A stretch of DNA of 56,063 nucleotides, the filler included, from Dugesia japonica (Eukaryota): NCBI GenBank assembly GCA_001938525.1. It is 5 parts of 5 records of this genome, joined end to end, with 100 filler letters (N's around TTAATTAATTAA, not from the genome) between each part and the next. Parts side by side here need not be neighbours in the genome. Positions count along the whole stretch, not along the records: positions 12,832 to 23,046 come from MQRL01597213.1; positions 23,147 to 35,707 come from MQRL01582790.1; 3 more parts are not named here. One strand, 5' to 3'. The notes below the pieces were generated by a model. That model was not told the origin of the DNA and searched no databases. It saw nothing but the letters and a program-made list of their open reading frames with translations. Of the stretch, positions 22,694 through 33,830 are shown piece by piece (the first letter of the stretch is position 1; every line of letters begins with the position of its first letter). The position numbers were made by a program, and so were the translations under genes.

Positions 22694-22754
22694 TTTGGAA
22701 ATTTATTGAATTTATAACCCATTATCTACTGCATTGTAAACTAAAGAACTTAAG

Positions 22755-23046
22755 AATTTAATTAATTAATTGTTATTAATAAAATAAAATTAATTAATTT
22801 ATTATTAATAAAGTTTTAATTAACTAAATTATTATTAATAAAATAAAATAAAATTAATTATTATTAATAAAATTTAAATAATTAATTATTATTAAAAAAA
22901 TAAAATTAATTATTATAAATAAAATTTTATTAATTAATTATTATTATTAAAATAAAATTAATTATTATAAATAAAATTTTATTAATTAATTATTATTATT
23001 AAAATTTAATTAATAATTTATTGTTATAAATAAAATATAAAAAAAT
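22755..23046. repeat. Low-complexity A/T repeat (TTAATTAATTATTATTAATAAA-like)
   Basis: Almost pure A/T with a recurring unit. Confidence 0.8.
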
Positions 23047-23146
23047 NNNNNNNNNNNNNNNNNNNNNNNNNNNNNNNNNNNNNNNNNNNNTTAATTAATT
23101 AANNNNNNNNNNNNNNNNNNNNNNNNNNNNNNNNNNNNNNNNNNNN
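23047..23146. other. Artificial assembly spacer
   Basis: 44 N + TTAATTAATTAA + 44 N. Confidence 0.95.
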
Positions 23147-23662
23147 TCGAAATGTGAAATGTAAAATGTAAAATGAAAAGTGGTAAAAAGTGACAGTCAA
23201 AATTTTTAAAGTGACAAAAAAGTGCCAAAAAGTGGCAAAAAGTGACAAAAAGTGGCAAAAAGTGACAGTCAAAATTTTTAAAGTGACAAAAAGTGGCAAA
23301 AAGTGACAGTCAAAATTTTTAAAGTGACAAAAAGTGNNNNNNNNNNNNNNNNNNNNNNNNNAAAGTGACAAAAAGTGACTGTCAAATTTACATTTACGCG
23401 AAAAGTGATAAAAAAGTGACAGTCAAAATTTTAAAAGTGACAAAAAGTGACAGTCAAAATTTTTAAAGTGACAAAAGTGACAAAAAGTGACAGTCAAAAT
23501 TTTTAAAGTGACAGTCAAAATTTTTTAAGTGACAAAAAGTGACAGACAAAATTTTTAAAGTGACAAAAAGTGACAGTCAAAATTTTTAAAGTGACAAAAA
23601 GTGACAGTCAAAATTTTTAAAGTGACAAAAAGTGACCGTCAAATGTGAAAAGTGACAGTCAG
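23147..23662. repeat. Subterminal satellite (AAAAGTGAC 10-mer nested in a higher-order unit of about 31 bp)
   Basis: Repeats of AAAGTGACAAAAAGTGACAGTCAAAATTTTT lie immediately upstream of the first element-2 gene. Confidence 0.85.
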
Positions 23663-23706
23663 AAAATATATATTGAATTTAAGAGGATAAAATATTACTA
23701 ATAAGA

Positions 23707-23969
23707 ATGGAAGAAACAACAGAAAACACTTTATTAGAAAAATACAAAGAAATTAAAAAAAAAATTTCACAATGAAAGATAAAGAAATAGCAGAAGAATT
23801 AGGAATCACATTAATTATTTTAAATAAAACATTAAGAAAGTTTAATTTATTAAAAGAAAGAAAAAGAAACCCTAGATTAAAATATAGATATAATGAAAAA
23901 ACAGATAAATATGTAGATGATAAAAATGGAAATTATTTTTTCAATAAAAAAAAAATATTTTTGAATTAG
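23707..23969 (+). CDS. Small HTH DNA-binding protein (probable homopolymer frameshift near 23760)
   Basis: MKDKEIAEELGIT is an HTH-like motif followed by a basic tail. An upstream ATG at 23707 reads into a poly-A run. Confidence 0.5.
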
Positions 23970-23984
23970 TTAATATAAAAAAAT

Positions 23985-24435
23985 ATGATTTAATTTTAAC
24001 ACAACGTAGAAATGAAATTGGAGGTAAAATTGATTATAAAACTTNNNNNNNNNNNNNNNNNNNNNNNNNNNNNNNNNNNNNNNNNAATGACGATGTTTTA
24101 TATACAGTGGTAAATGATGAAAAAATTAAAAGTGTAATAATAAAAGAATTAGAAACTATAAAAAAAAATCACCCGAAGAAAAAGAAGATTTATCATTAAA
24201 TATTTTACTATTGTATAATATTTATAAAGAAGCATTAAATATAGAAAAAAAGAAAAAAATTTTTAAAATCCTAGGACTTGAAATGAAACCAAATAAAAGT
24301 GAACAAAAATTAAAAGAAGAAAATAGTTTTTTGAAATATTTTATTTATATTTTATTATTCATTATTTTAATAGTAATAGTTTATTATGTTTATAAATATT
24401 TTTGGGATATTATAAATTTTTTTAATAAGAAATGA
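23985..24435 (+). CDS. Small protein with a C-terminal transmembrane helix (gap and frameshift affected)
   Basis: FLKYFIYILLFIILIVIVYYVY hydrophobic segment; the ORF end overlaps the MCP start (ATGA). Confidence 0.45.
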
Positions 24436-25832
24436 TAGATATTGATAATAATATTGAATTTTCACATACATTAATTAAAAATGATGTATTAAAAATTTCA
24501 CCTTCATCAGGTTCAATTAATAATTTAAATGCAAATGGTGATATCGTATTTCAAAGTATTCAATCTACAAATCCACTTGACATTTGCAATTCAATGTTAT
24601 ATTTTAAAATTGAAATTACAGTTTCAGCAGAATCAAAAGATAAAATTACCCTTGAGAATAATTGGTTTCCAAGTTTATTTAAAACAATGAGATTATCACT
24701 AGGATCAACTAATATAGAAACCATTTCAGATCCAGGTGTTGTCAGTACAATGTTAAATTTCATAACTACAACTGAAACATGGAAAAAAGAATATGGTCAA
24801 ATGTCAGGATGGATACCAGATACAGAAGATGGTGGTATACCAATAAAACTCACAAAAGATACAAAACCTGAAGAAGTAGAAAAAGCTTTTTCAGATAATA
24901 AAGGTTATAAAATTAGAAAGAAACTTTATTCAAGTAATAAATTTGAAGGTTACTTTCCATTAAGAAATTTATTTGGTTTCATGCAAAATTACAATCGATT
25001 GTTATATAATACAATGATAGAATTTACATGTAGTCGACAAATTCAAGATAACCTAATATTTTATGGTGAGAAAGATGCAAAAGCAACATTAATAATAAAA
25101 TATTTAGAACTTCACATTCCAGAACAAAGATTATTATTAAAAACAGAATTAATTCTACTAGAAAGAATTGCAACAGATAAACCAATTAAAGTTTCATTTT
25201 TAAATAGATTATCTGCAAAATCAAATTTAAGTGAAGAAAGTAATTACTCAATCAAAATCAGTAGTCTAGCATATCAACCTAGATATATTTTAATTTGTAT
25301 AAAAGATTCAGTAATTTCATATGAAAAAAATAATAATTTATTTATTCAAAGTACATATACAACCACTAAAGTAAAAGTTAAAGAAACATATATTCCCGAT
25401 CCAACAAAACCAACAGAAACAAAAGAAAAAGAAGTGGAAAAAGTAGTTAAAAAATATTCATCTATAAAAGGTATTCAATTACAATTAAATAATACTTATT
25501 ATACAATCAACGAATTAAAATTAAACCATGAAAATAATGAAATGATTTATCCATATCAACAATACATAAATTGTTGTCGTGAATTTTTTACAGAACCACA
25601 ATTATCATTATTAGATTTCACCAATTTATATCCAATGTTCTGCTTTGATACCAGTGCACATGATGACAAAATGAATATTAATAATGTTGATGTCACACTT
25701 CATATTACAAAAGATTCAGATTTCAAAGGAACACTTTACTGGTGTATCCTCGAAGAAAAACATGTTGAAATGAAACTTGCAAATAATAAAATTGTTTTAG
25801 TTGAGAATATTAGAGGACTTGATATAAAATAA
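24432..25832 (+). CDS. Major capsid protein (double jelly-roll, Polinton PY type)
   Basis: 466 aa with beta-rich motifs LFKTMRLSLGSTNIETI, FPLRNLFGF, PRYILI and LYPMFCFDTS. Size and position fit Polinton MCP, and the C-terminus matches the element 1 fragment. Confidence 0.85.
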   Translation: MIDIDNNIEFSHTLIKNDVLKISPSSGSINNLNANGDIVFQSIQSTNPLDICNSMLYFKIEITVSAESKDKITLENNWFPSLFKTMRLSLGSTNIETISDPGVVSTMLNFITTTETWKKEYGQMSGWIPDTEDGGIPIKLTKDTKPEEVEKAFSDNKGYKIRKKLYSSNKFEGYFPLRNLFGFMQNYNRLLYNTMIEFTCSRQIQDNLIFYGEKDAKATLIIKYLELHIPEQRLLLKTELILLERIATDKPIKVSFLNRLSAKSNLSEESNYSIKISSLAYQPRYILICIKDSVISYEKNNNLFIQSTYTTTKVKVKETYIPDPTKPTETKEKEVEKVVKKYSSIKGIQLQLNNTYYTINELKLNHENNEMIYPYQQYINCCREFFTEPQLSLLDFTNLYPMFCFDTSAHDDKMNINNVDVTLHITKDSDFKGTLYWCILEEKHVEMKLANNKIVLVENIRGLDIK

Positions 25833-25879
25833 ATATAAGAAATAGATAAAGTCAGATTCATAAAGGAAAGAAGAAAAAA

Positions 25880-27292
25880 TGTCGAAATTTATATGTGATT
25901 ATTGTGGTAAAATATTATTAAAAAAGAATAAATCTAGACATTTAGAATTATGCTTAAACAAAATTAAACAAAAACAGTATGGAGGTGACCTTAGAACCTG
26001 AGGTGATCTTAGAACCGGAGGTGATCTTAGAACTGGAGGTGATCTTCAAAATTCAACTGTTGTATCTAAATTATTAAAACCTATAACAACAGAAAAATAT
26101 CCAGGCGAGAGACATTTATTCCACCATAATTACACTGGACCTGGAACTAGATTAGATATTAGATTAGATGAAAACCTTGAGCCGAAAGAAGGTGAAGAAC
26201 CTAAAAATCAAATTGATCAAGCTGCATTAAAACATGACATTGCGTATAATTCTGAAGATCTCCGCGATCGTCATATTGCAGATGTTAATTTAATACATGA
26301 TTTAAATAATATCCAGAACCCAACAACTACAGAAAAATTTCAGAGCTCTTGTAAAATTAGCTATGAAAGGTAAAATTATGATTGGTAAAGGCCATAAAAT
26401 CGCAGAAAGCAGTGTTAAAGGACAGTTATCAAAGAATAAATTAAAAATTATATCTAAAGAAGAAAAGAATAAACTTAAATTAAAACAAATGTTATCTGAA
26501 ATTGATGATAAAAATTATGTGTTAGCTGATGAACTTCACAAAGATTATAGAAAACCTAAACATTTATTAAAAGTAATTGTTTATGAAAAAGAAGAAATTT
26601 GGTCAGCTGATTTAACATTTCACCAGAAAAATGTAATATTAACAGTTATTGATCTTTATACTAGATTTGCATTTATAGAACTTTCTAAAAATAAAACTGG
26701 AAAAGAAACAACAAATGCATTTGAAAGAATCCTCGAAAAAAGCAATAGAGTTCCAGAAAAATTATGGGTTGATCATGGTAAAGAATTTTATAATAAAGAT
26801 TTTCAAGGTTTCTGTAAAAATAATAATATTGAAATCTATTCTACTGAAAATGAAGGAAAAGCTGTTGTAATCGAAAGATTCAACCGAACATTTAAAAATA
26901 GACTTTTTAAACATTTTACTGCCGTTGGATCTCAAGAAATAACACAAGAACTTCTAGAGAAAATTCTACATGATTATAATAACAGTGTGCATTCAAGTAT
27001 CAACATTACACCTCAAGAAGCTTCGTTGAATCCAGAAAATATAGAAATACAAATTCCAAAACCTATTAATGAAAAACTTAGATTTAAAATTGGTCAACGC
27101 GTTAGAATATTTAAACAAAAGAAATTATTTGCAAAAGGTTACAGTTTTAAATGGTCAAAGAAAATTTATATTATTACAAAAATCAATGGCGATGGTAAAA
27201 CTGAACCATTTACATTTGAAATCAGTAATATTAACGGTGACAAGATACTTGGTAGATTTTATACATCTGAACTTCAAAAAACTATATTTTAA
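25880..27292 (+). pseudogene. Zinc finger - PLA2 - RVE integrase fusion with one stop and one frameshift
   Basis: MSKFICDYCGK...RHLELC, GGDLRT repeats with TGA near 25999, HNYTGPGT...DQAALKHDIAY, an apparent 2-nt deletion near 26345, then the 26363..27292 integrase (WSAD / WVDHG / IERFNRT). Confidence 0.9.
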
Positions 27293-27318
27293 TAAAAGAA
27301 AGATCTATAAAAGCTGAA

Positions 27319-28090
27319 ATGTCAGAAAAAGCACTGTATATTTGGAATAAAAATATTACTAAATTTAATAATAAAATCTTACCAAATAATTTTAGATTAT
27401 TAATAATTGGNNNNNNNNNNNNNNNNNNNNNNNNNNNNNNNNNNNNNNNNNNNNNNNNNNNNNNNNNNNNNNNNNNNNNNNNNNNNNNNNNNNNNTCAAC
27501 AACAATCTCACAATTTGAAATTCAATTGTTATATCTTGGATTTGAAAATGGTCTGACAAAATCAGAAATATCCTTGATATTTGAACATCAAAATATAATA
27601 CCTAACAATTTAACAACTCCAAATCAAGTTATTAAATATTTCATTGACAAAAAAATTGTTACTAAAAAACCTAGTAAGATAAATATTACATTAAGTAATA
27701 AACCTGATGAAATAATTTCATGTGATAGACTTTCAAGAGACAAGAAAAATCTNNNNNNNNNNNNNNNNNNNNNNNNNNNNNNNNNNNNNNNNNNNNNNNN
27801 NNNNNNNNNNNNNNNNNNNNNNNNNNNNNNNNNNNNNNNNNNNNNNNNNNNNNNNNNNNNNNNNNNNNNNNNNNNNNNNNNNNNNNNNNNNNNNNNNNNN
27901 NNNNNNNNNNNNNNNNNNNNNNNNNNNNNNNNNNNNNNNNNNNNNNNNNNNNNNNNNNNNNNNNNNNNNNNNNNNNNNNNNNNNNNNNNNNNNNNNNNNN
28001 NNNNNNNNNNNNNNNNNNNNNNNNNNNNNNNNNNNNNNNNNNNNNNNNNNNNNNNNNNNNNNNNNNNNNNNNTTAGATGATCTTTTTTAA
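27319..28090 (+). CDS. Packaging ATPase (mostly in N gaps)
   Basis: NFRLLII, STTISQFEIQLLYLGF and EIISCDRL match element 1 10641..11183; the end reads LDDLF. Confidence 0.8.
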
Positions 28091-28369
28091 GATTGGGTCC
28101 CACTTGTTAAATTTAATGGAAGAAACAGGTATTTTTTCATTTCTATGCATTTTATAATAATTAATGATATCTTTTTCTATGGCATTTTTTTCATGTAATT
28201 CTTTATTTTCTTTAATGAATTCTTTATGCATGCGATTATTTCTTTTTTCTATTTCTAATTCATATAAAATACGTTTCTGTTCTATTTTAGCTCTGTTTTT
28301 TTCTGTATATCTCATTCTTTTTCACGCTTGTGGCTTTTTTAAAGAAATTAATTTAATCATACATGTTAT

Positions 28370-28565
28370 ATTCCAAGTTTTAATTTTAAATCATTAATAA
28401 CTTTACTTTGATTTTCAACTAATAACTTTAAATCTTTATTATGGTTCGCTTCGCTCGCTTTTTTATTTTCAGATATTAATTCATGTACATGAGAAACCAT
28501 TTTCTTTGAGATACTTAATTCTTCATCTGTTAAAATTTCATCATGAACTGCTTTCTGTTGAAATA
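28370..28565 (-). pseudogene. Diverged duplicate of the 3' end of the 2-TM gene
   Basis: Near copy of about 29010-29205 with several substitutions and a small indel. Confidence 0.7.
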
Positions 28566-29007
28566 NNNNNNNNNNNNNNNNNNNNNNNNNNNNNNNNNNN
28601 NNNNNNNNNNNNNNNTCTTATTTTTTCTATTTCTCTTTTTTCATTTTTTATAATTTCTTTTACTAATGCTATTAACTCATTAACATTTCTATTATAACAT
28701 CTAATTTTTCCACTTGGAATTTTTGCAGTATAAATAATTTTTTTATTTACTTCTTTTTTTATTAAGTAATAATTATTTATATCACAAAAGTATGACATAA
28801 ATGGATAACATTTCACAAATTCTGCTATAAAGTCAGAAATATCATCAAAATGCGAACAATTACTAGTCATGTTATATCGGGCTCCGCTTTTTTTACCTAA
28901 TTATTTTAATCATACATACTAGATTTCGGTAAAATTAATCGCATGCGATTATTTTTTTCGCGCTCCGCTTTTTTAAGTTTTAAGTTTTAGGTTTTACATG
29001 TAACATT

Positions 29008-29658
29008 TTAAATTCCAAGTTTTAATTTTAAATCAGATATAACTTTACTTTGATTTTCAACTAATAATTTTAAATTATTGTCCATTGTGACACCGCTAAC
29101 TTTTTTATTTTCAGATATCAATTCATGTACATCAGAAACCATTTTCTTTGAGATATTTAATTCTTCATCTGTTAAAATTTCATCATGAACTGCTTTCTGT
29201 TGAAATAAGAATAATTTATTTTTAACACATTCAAGTTTAGATATTAATTTTGAATATCTTTCTTTTCGAGATTTAACAAATGAAGTGTTCAGCGTACCAA
29301 TTACAGGTAACACTGAAATTGCACCAGTAATTACAGGAATTGCTATTCCAGTAATTGCCAAACCAACTGGAGTTATTAATACTATTCCCGCTACGCCAAT
29401 TCCTGCTGAAATTAATATTTGAGTATATTTAATTCCAGAATCAATTTTATTCCATCTTTTCTCTAATTTTTTATAATGTTTAATTTTATCTTTAATATAA
29501 TANNNATCATTTTCAAAATCTTTAATTCTAGATAAAGCAAGTTTATTTTTTAAATCTAGGATTGTATATTCATTATTATAATTTAAATCATGAATATCTG
29601 GATAAATTTTTTCCATGCAAATCTTATTATCGTCCCTTGTGGATCTTTCTTGTTCCAT
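29008..29658 (-). CDS. Polinton 2-TM / coiled-coil protein
   Basis: KIYPDI, RIKDFEND, KIKHYKKL..RW, a hydrophobic hairpin and KAVHDEILTDEE; homolog of 5475..6167. Confidence 0.78.
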   Translation of the reverse strand: MEQERSTRDDNKICMEKIYPDIHDLNYNNEYTILDLKNKLALSRIKDFENDXYYIKDKIKHYKKLEKRWNKIDSGIKYTQILISAGIGVAGIVLITPVGLAITGIAIPVITGAISVLPVIGTLNTSFVKSRKERYSKLISKLECVKNKLFLFQQKAVHDEILTDEELNISKKMVSDVHELISENKKVSGVTMDNNLKLLVENQSKVISDLKLKLGI

Positions 29659-29675
29659 TTTCTAAGTATAAAATT

Positions 29676-32555
29676 TTAAAAATAAATAGAAGAAATATAA
29701 ATATCTTTTGGTAAAGTTAATTCTACAAAATTTACATCTTGATATTGAAAATAATTTATTTTAAAATTTTTATTAATACTAGTTTCATTATATTCTTTTA
29801 TTTCATTATTTAATTTAATAGAATATTTAAAACTTTTCTTAGAATAACCATCTATAAAAATTGATAAGAAGTTTTTCACAGTATATAACTTTATACTAAT
29901 AATAAAAGGTTCTTCAAGATAAAAATAATTTTGATTTTCTATAGTTACCTTTTTACCTTTTCTTTTAAAATCTATTCTTTCTATTTTATCATCAGTTTTA
30001 TAACATGGAAGATGACTTTCACAATATTCATAAAGAAAAAACATCATCGAATTATTTTTAACACCTTTAAAAGGTAAGTAATTATCAATTAATTCTTTAA
30101 TACTTTTAAGTGTTGTTTCTTCACCATCTTCACAATAAGTTTTTATTAAAAGATTAATTCTGTCAACAAAAGATTTGTGAAGTTCTGGTTTTATTTTTTC
30201 ATATTCTTTAATTATTTCATCTGGAATTTTATATATCTGAAATTTAACATTTAAATTCATTAAAAAAATTCNTCTTGGTAACATTATTTCTATATAATTT
30301 ATTTTCCTAACATTTAAAGTTTCACTACTTTTCCGATAAATATTCATAAGATTATCATCGGGTTTAGTAAATAAAAATGACACTGCTACATGATTAATTT
30401 TAATGTAATATGTGAATTCCGGAACTTCACAGAAACCTTGTATACTTATTCCAAGTTTACTATTTAATTTTGTATATAAACTAATAATTAAAATATCTTT
30501 AATATTAAAATAGTGATCATTGAATGTAGTATGTTTCAAGCAATCTTTTCTTGTAAAATCTAAATCATGAACATATTTATCATCAATACTAAAACTTGGA
30601 AGTAAATCATTTTTCTTCATAGGAATAATTGAAAATAACACCACTGCTATATGCGAATCTAATATTTCACCAGCAGGATTAGAAAAAGGTAAATAATTAT
30701 CAATTAAATGTTTTATTTTTTTAGAGTCAAATGTTTTAAATAATAAATTAATTTTATCAACTTGTATTTTATGTAGATAAGGTTTTATTTTTTTGAATTC
30801 TTTTTCAAATTTGTTTAAACTAACAAACTTAATAATTACACTTTTCATTTTAAATTTATTTACAAAAATTATTTCAATATAATTTATATTTGTTTCTTTA
30901 TTAATTTCAGTACTTTCACGATAAATTTTAATATTTCTAGATTCCGGTGTTAAATGATCCATTGATAATGCAATATGATTAATTTTAATTATATAAAGAA
31001 ATTTGTGAATTTCACAGGTGCCTTCAATATAAAAACAAACTTTTTCAGTGATATTTGTATGTAAAATAATAGAATTTTTTTTCTTGTCAAAACCTGTAAC
31101 ATGTTTGCTAATATGAAATTTATCGTTCAGGGTTAAAATTGAATTGTTATACATATACTCATATGGTATATAATTATCAAGTATTTCTCTTAAAGCTTTA
31201 AAATCAAAAGTTTTAAATAAAACATTTATCCTGTCAATATGTATCTTGTGAAACTTTATTTTCATATTCTTTCTTTAATTTTTCAAATGCATATTGTTTA
31301 TATAAATTAACACTTATTTCTTGTATATTAATTTTTTCAGGTAAAATTATTACAATATAATTAATAATAGTTTCAGTACTTTCATGATAAATATTAATAC
31401 TATTATCTTTGCTATTCACATATAAAAATGACACTGCAAGATTATTAATTCTAATGACATAAGTAAACTTTTCAATTAAACAATGACCAATAACATTTAT
31501 AACAATCTTTTCATTTAATTTTGTATGTAAATGAATTTCTAAAGGTTTTCCAAGATAAAAATATCCTTCACTAATGTAAGCACTTAAACTTTCTTTTTTA
31601 AAATAAAAATCATTAACATATTTATCTATAATATTATAACCAACATATGGATCTTTTTTATAATTATTAATTGAAAATATCTTATAAGTATCAGATCTTT
31701 GTACATAAGATAAATAATTATCAAGTAAACTTTTTAAATCTTTAAATGTTGAATCTGAAAGTGTTTCTTTATATTTTTTAAATGAAAGATTAATTTTATC
31801 AGAATATATTTTGTGTTGTGTTGGATTTACTTTCTCAATGTCTTCTGTGAATTTTAAAATCAATGGTTTAATTTTTTCTATATAAATTTTAAGATTATCA
31901 ATAAAATTCAAATGCTCATCAAATGTTTTCTTGTTTAGATCAGCATGTAATTTGTTAATATTAACATTTAACATTTCAATTTCATTTTTAAAATTTCCAG
32001 ATAAATTTGCATCCTTAATTAATTATTTTAATTTAATAATTAAATCACTTCTTTTATATGGAAATAGTTCAAGTTTCATTCTTTTAATGTCAGAGTTGAT
32101 AAGATCAAATGTTTCTTGGTTACAGGTTTTTGTTAATTTTTGAATTTTAAGATTTAAACTTGAAATATCTACATTTAAAGATTTTAATTCATTGATTTTA
32201 GATTCTAAATATAATTTGTTAGCTGTGAAACTATCAACTTTTAATAATCTACTGAAAATTAATTCATGTTTCTGGAGTTTATCTTCTAAGGTCTTTATAT
32301 ATTTTAAATTAACTGCATCAAGTGATTCCTTGGGATCATCTTTGATTTTTAGAGATGCTATTGTGTCACCTGTTTCATTCACATATTTATTTTCATTTTG
32401 GGTATCTAACATTTTAATTTTAGCATCAACATTNNNNNNNNNNNNNNNNNNNNNNNNNNNNNNNNNNNNNNNNNNNNNNNNNNAATTTTAGCATCAACAT
32501 TTTTTAATATTAAACTAGAATTTATATTATTAGGAGTAGCTGCAAACTTATTCAT
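29676..32555 (-). pseudogene. Large fibre-like protein with four tandem C-terminal domains, broken into three ORFs
   Basis: Start MNKFAA at 32555; GDTI...DP....DAVNLKYI shaft-like motif; in-frame TAA at 32023 reads on into 31974; frameshift near 31260; four repeats of HK...D(R/K)IN..(F/I)K...(L/I)DNY. Confidence 0.65.
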
Positions 32556-32574
32556 CTTCGCTTGTGGTTTTTGG

Positions 32575-33003
32575 CTATTTTTCTAATAAATCATATAGTG
32601 ATAACATTTCATTAATAATAACATCAAAAGATAATTTAGTTTTATCAAGGGAATATAAAAAATAAATACANNNNNNNNNNNNNNNNNNNNNNNNAAAATG
32701 TTGCACTTGAATTTTATTATAAATCTTGGTATGTTTTTCTAGTTGTTTTAAAGGTTTTAAACCAAAAGAATCAAAGTAATAGTGATTATGATAACATGTC
32801 CAATGTGACCCATTTTGATTGGTGGTTTGATAATTAAAAATATAATTTTTTTTATTATTTAACATTTTAGGGGTCTCATTTTTCATGTAAATCTCTAATG
32901 GCATTTCTAAAAACTTAGCAATTGAATATAAATCAAAATTTGTTGTTGTGTTGATACCAAATGTTTTTAAAAAATCTAATAAATTATATTTTTCTTCGGT
33001 CAT
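32575..33003 (-). CDS. Adenain-like cysteine protease
   Basis: GSHWTCY, YFDSFG and QVQ; the catalytic Cys region lies in an N gap. Homolog of 7467..7970. Confidence 0.88.
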   Translation of the reverse strand: MTEEKYNLLDFLKTFGINTTTNFDLYSIAKFLEMPLEIYMKNETPKMLNNKKNYIFNYQTTNQNGSHWTCYHNHYYFDSFGLKPLKQLEKHTKIYNKIQVQHFXXXXXXXXCIYFLYSLDKTKLSFDVIINEMLSLYDLLEK

Positions 33004-33038
33004 TTTCTATAATCGAAAAACCACAAGGGCGAAAAAAT

Positions 33039-33821
33039 CTATAATCGATATTTACGTAGATGTACTAAAATTGTAATTATTTCATGGTTAAAATCTATAG
33101 TGTTAAGATTTTCATCTGTTATATTTAACTCAAAACCATCAATGTAATCTCTNTTAATTTTAGAATAAATAGGTGGAGATGGACGTTCTACTATTTTATA
33201 TCCAAATGCTACTGTATTTATTGGAAATGAATATAAAAGATTAATATTTCTTGTCTTTCCGGAGTTAGTGACATAATTACCTTTTACAATATTACATGTA
33301 ATATTTATCGTGTTAATATTTGAAATGTCAACTTTTTCATCTGAATAATGATTTCCAGATTCATATTTTCCAGGTTTAAATCCTAGGACTAAATGAAAAA
33401 ATGATTTATTATCAAATTCTAATATATTTTTATGGACTGGAGGAATTTGCACTGGAGGAATTTGCACTGGAGTTTTTTGCACTGGAGTTTTTTGTAGAGG
33501 TTCTGGGTTTTTTAGTTTAATATAACATTTAGATGTTGCTGTGTTAGGTATAATTTCGAGATATTCTTTTAAACGATTTGACATTTCTTTAACTTCATAT
33601 GATCCAGGTTCTAATGATTTTTCAATTCCGTTGATCATGAATTTATTATTTGAATTGTTAATATTAAAAATAATATTGTAACATGAAAAATNNNNNNNNN
33701 NNNNNNNNNNNNNNNNNNNNNNNNNNNNNNNNNNNNNNNNNTCTGAATCTAATTTTATCGGATAATCTAAATTTATTTTTAAATTTCGTTCTGTTCCAAC
33801 TACTAAGAATTGATGAGACAT
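33039..33821 (-). CDS. Minor capsid (penton-like) protein
   Basis: PGSYEV, INITCNIVKG, GYKIVERP and ITDENLNTIDFNHE; carries a 15-bp repeat insertion. Confidence 0.85.
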   Translation of the reverse strand: MSHQFLVVGTERNLKINLDYPIKLDSXXXXXXXXXXXXXXXXXXFSCYNIIFNINNSNNKFMINGIEKSLEPGSYEVKEMSNRLKEYLEIIPNTATSKCYIKLKNPEPLQKTPVQKTPVQIPPVQIPPVHKNILEFDNKSFFHLVLGFKPGKYESGNHYSDEKVDISNINTINITCNIVKGNYVTNSGKTRNINLLYSFPINTVAFGYKIVERPSPPIYSKIXRDYIDGFELNITDENLNTIDFNHEIITILVHLRKYRL

Positions 33822-33830
33822 TTCTTATAT

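Noticed and set aside
23099-23371. ORF through the AAAAGTGAC satellite; also ORF 22021..22353
   Set aside because: Translations of tandem repeats with no coding signal.
23147-23662. CRISPR-like array
   Set aside because: No unique spacers, no cas genes and a eukaryotic context.
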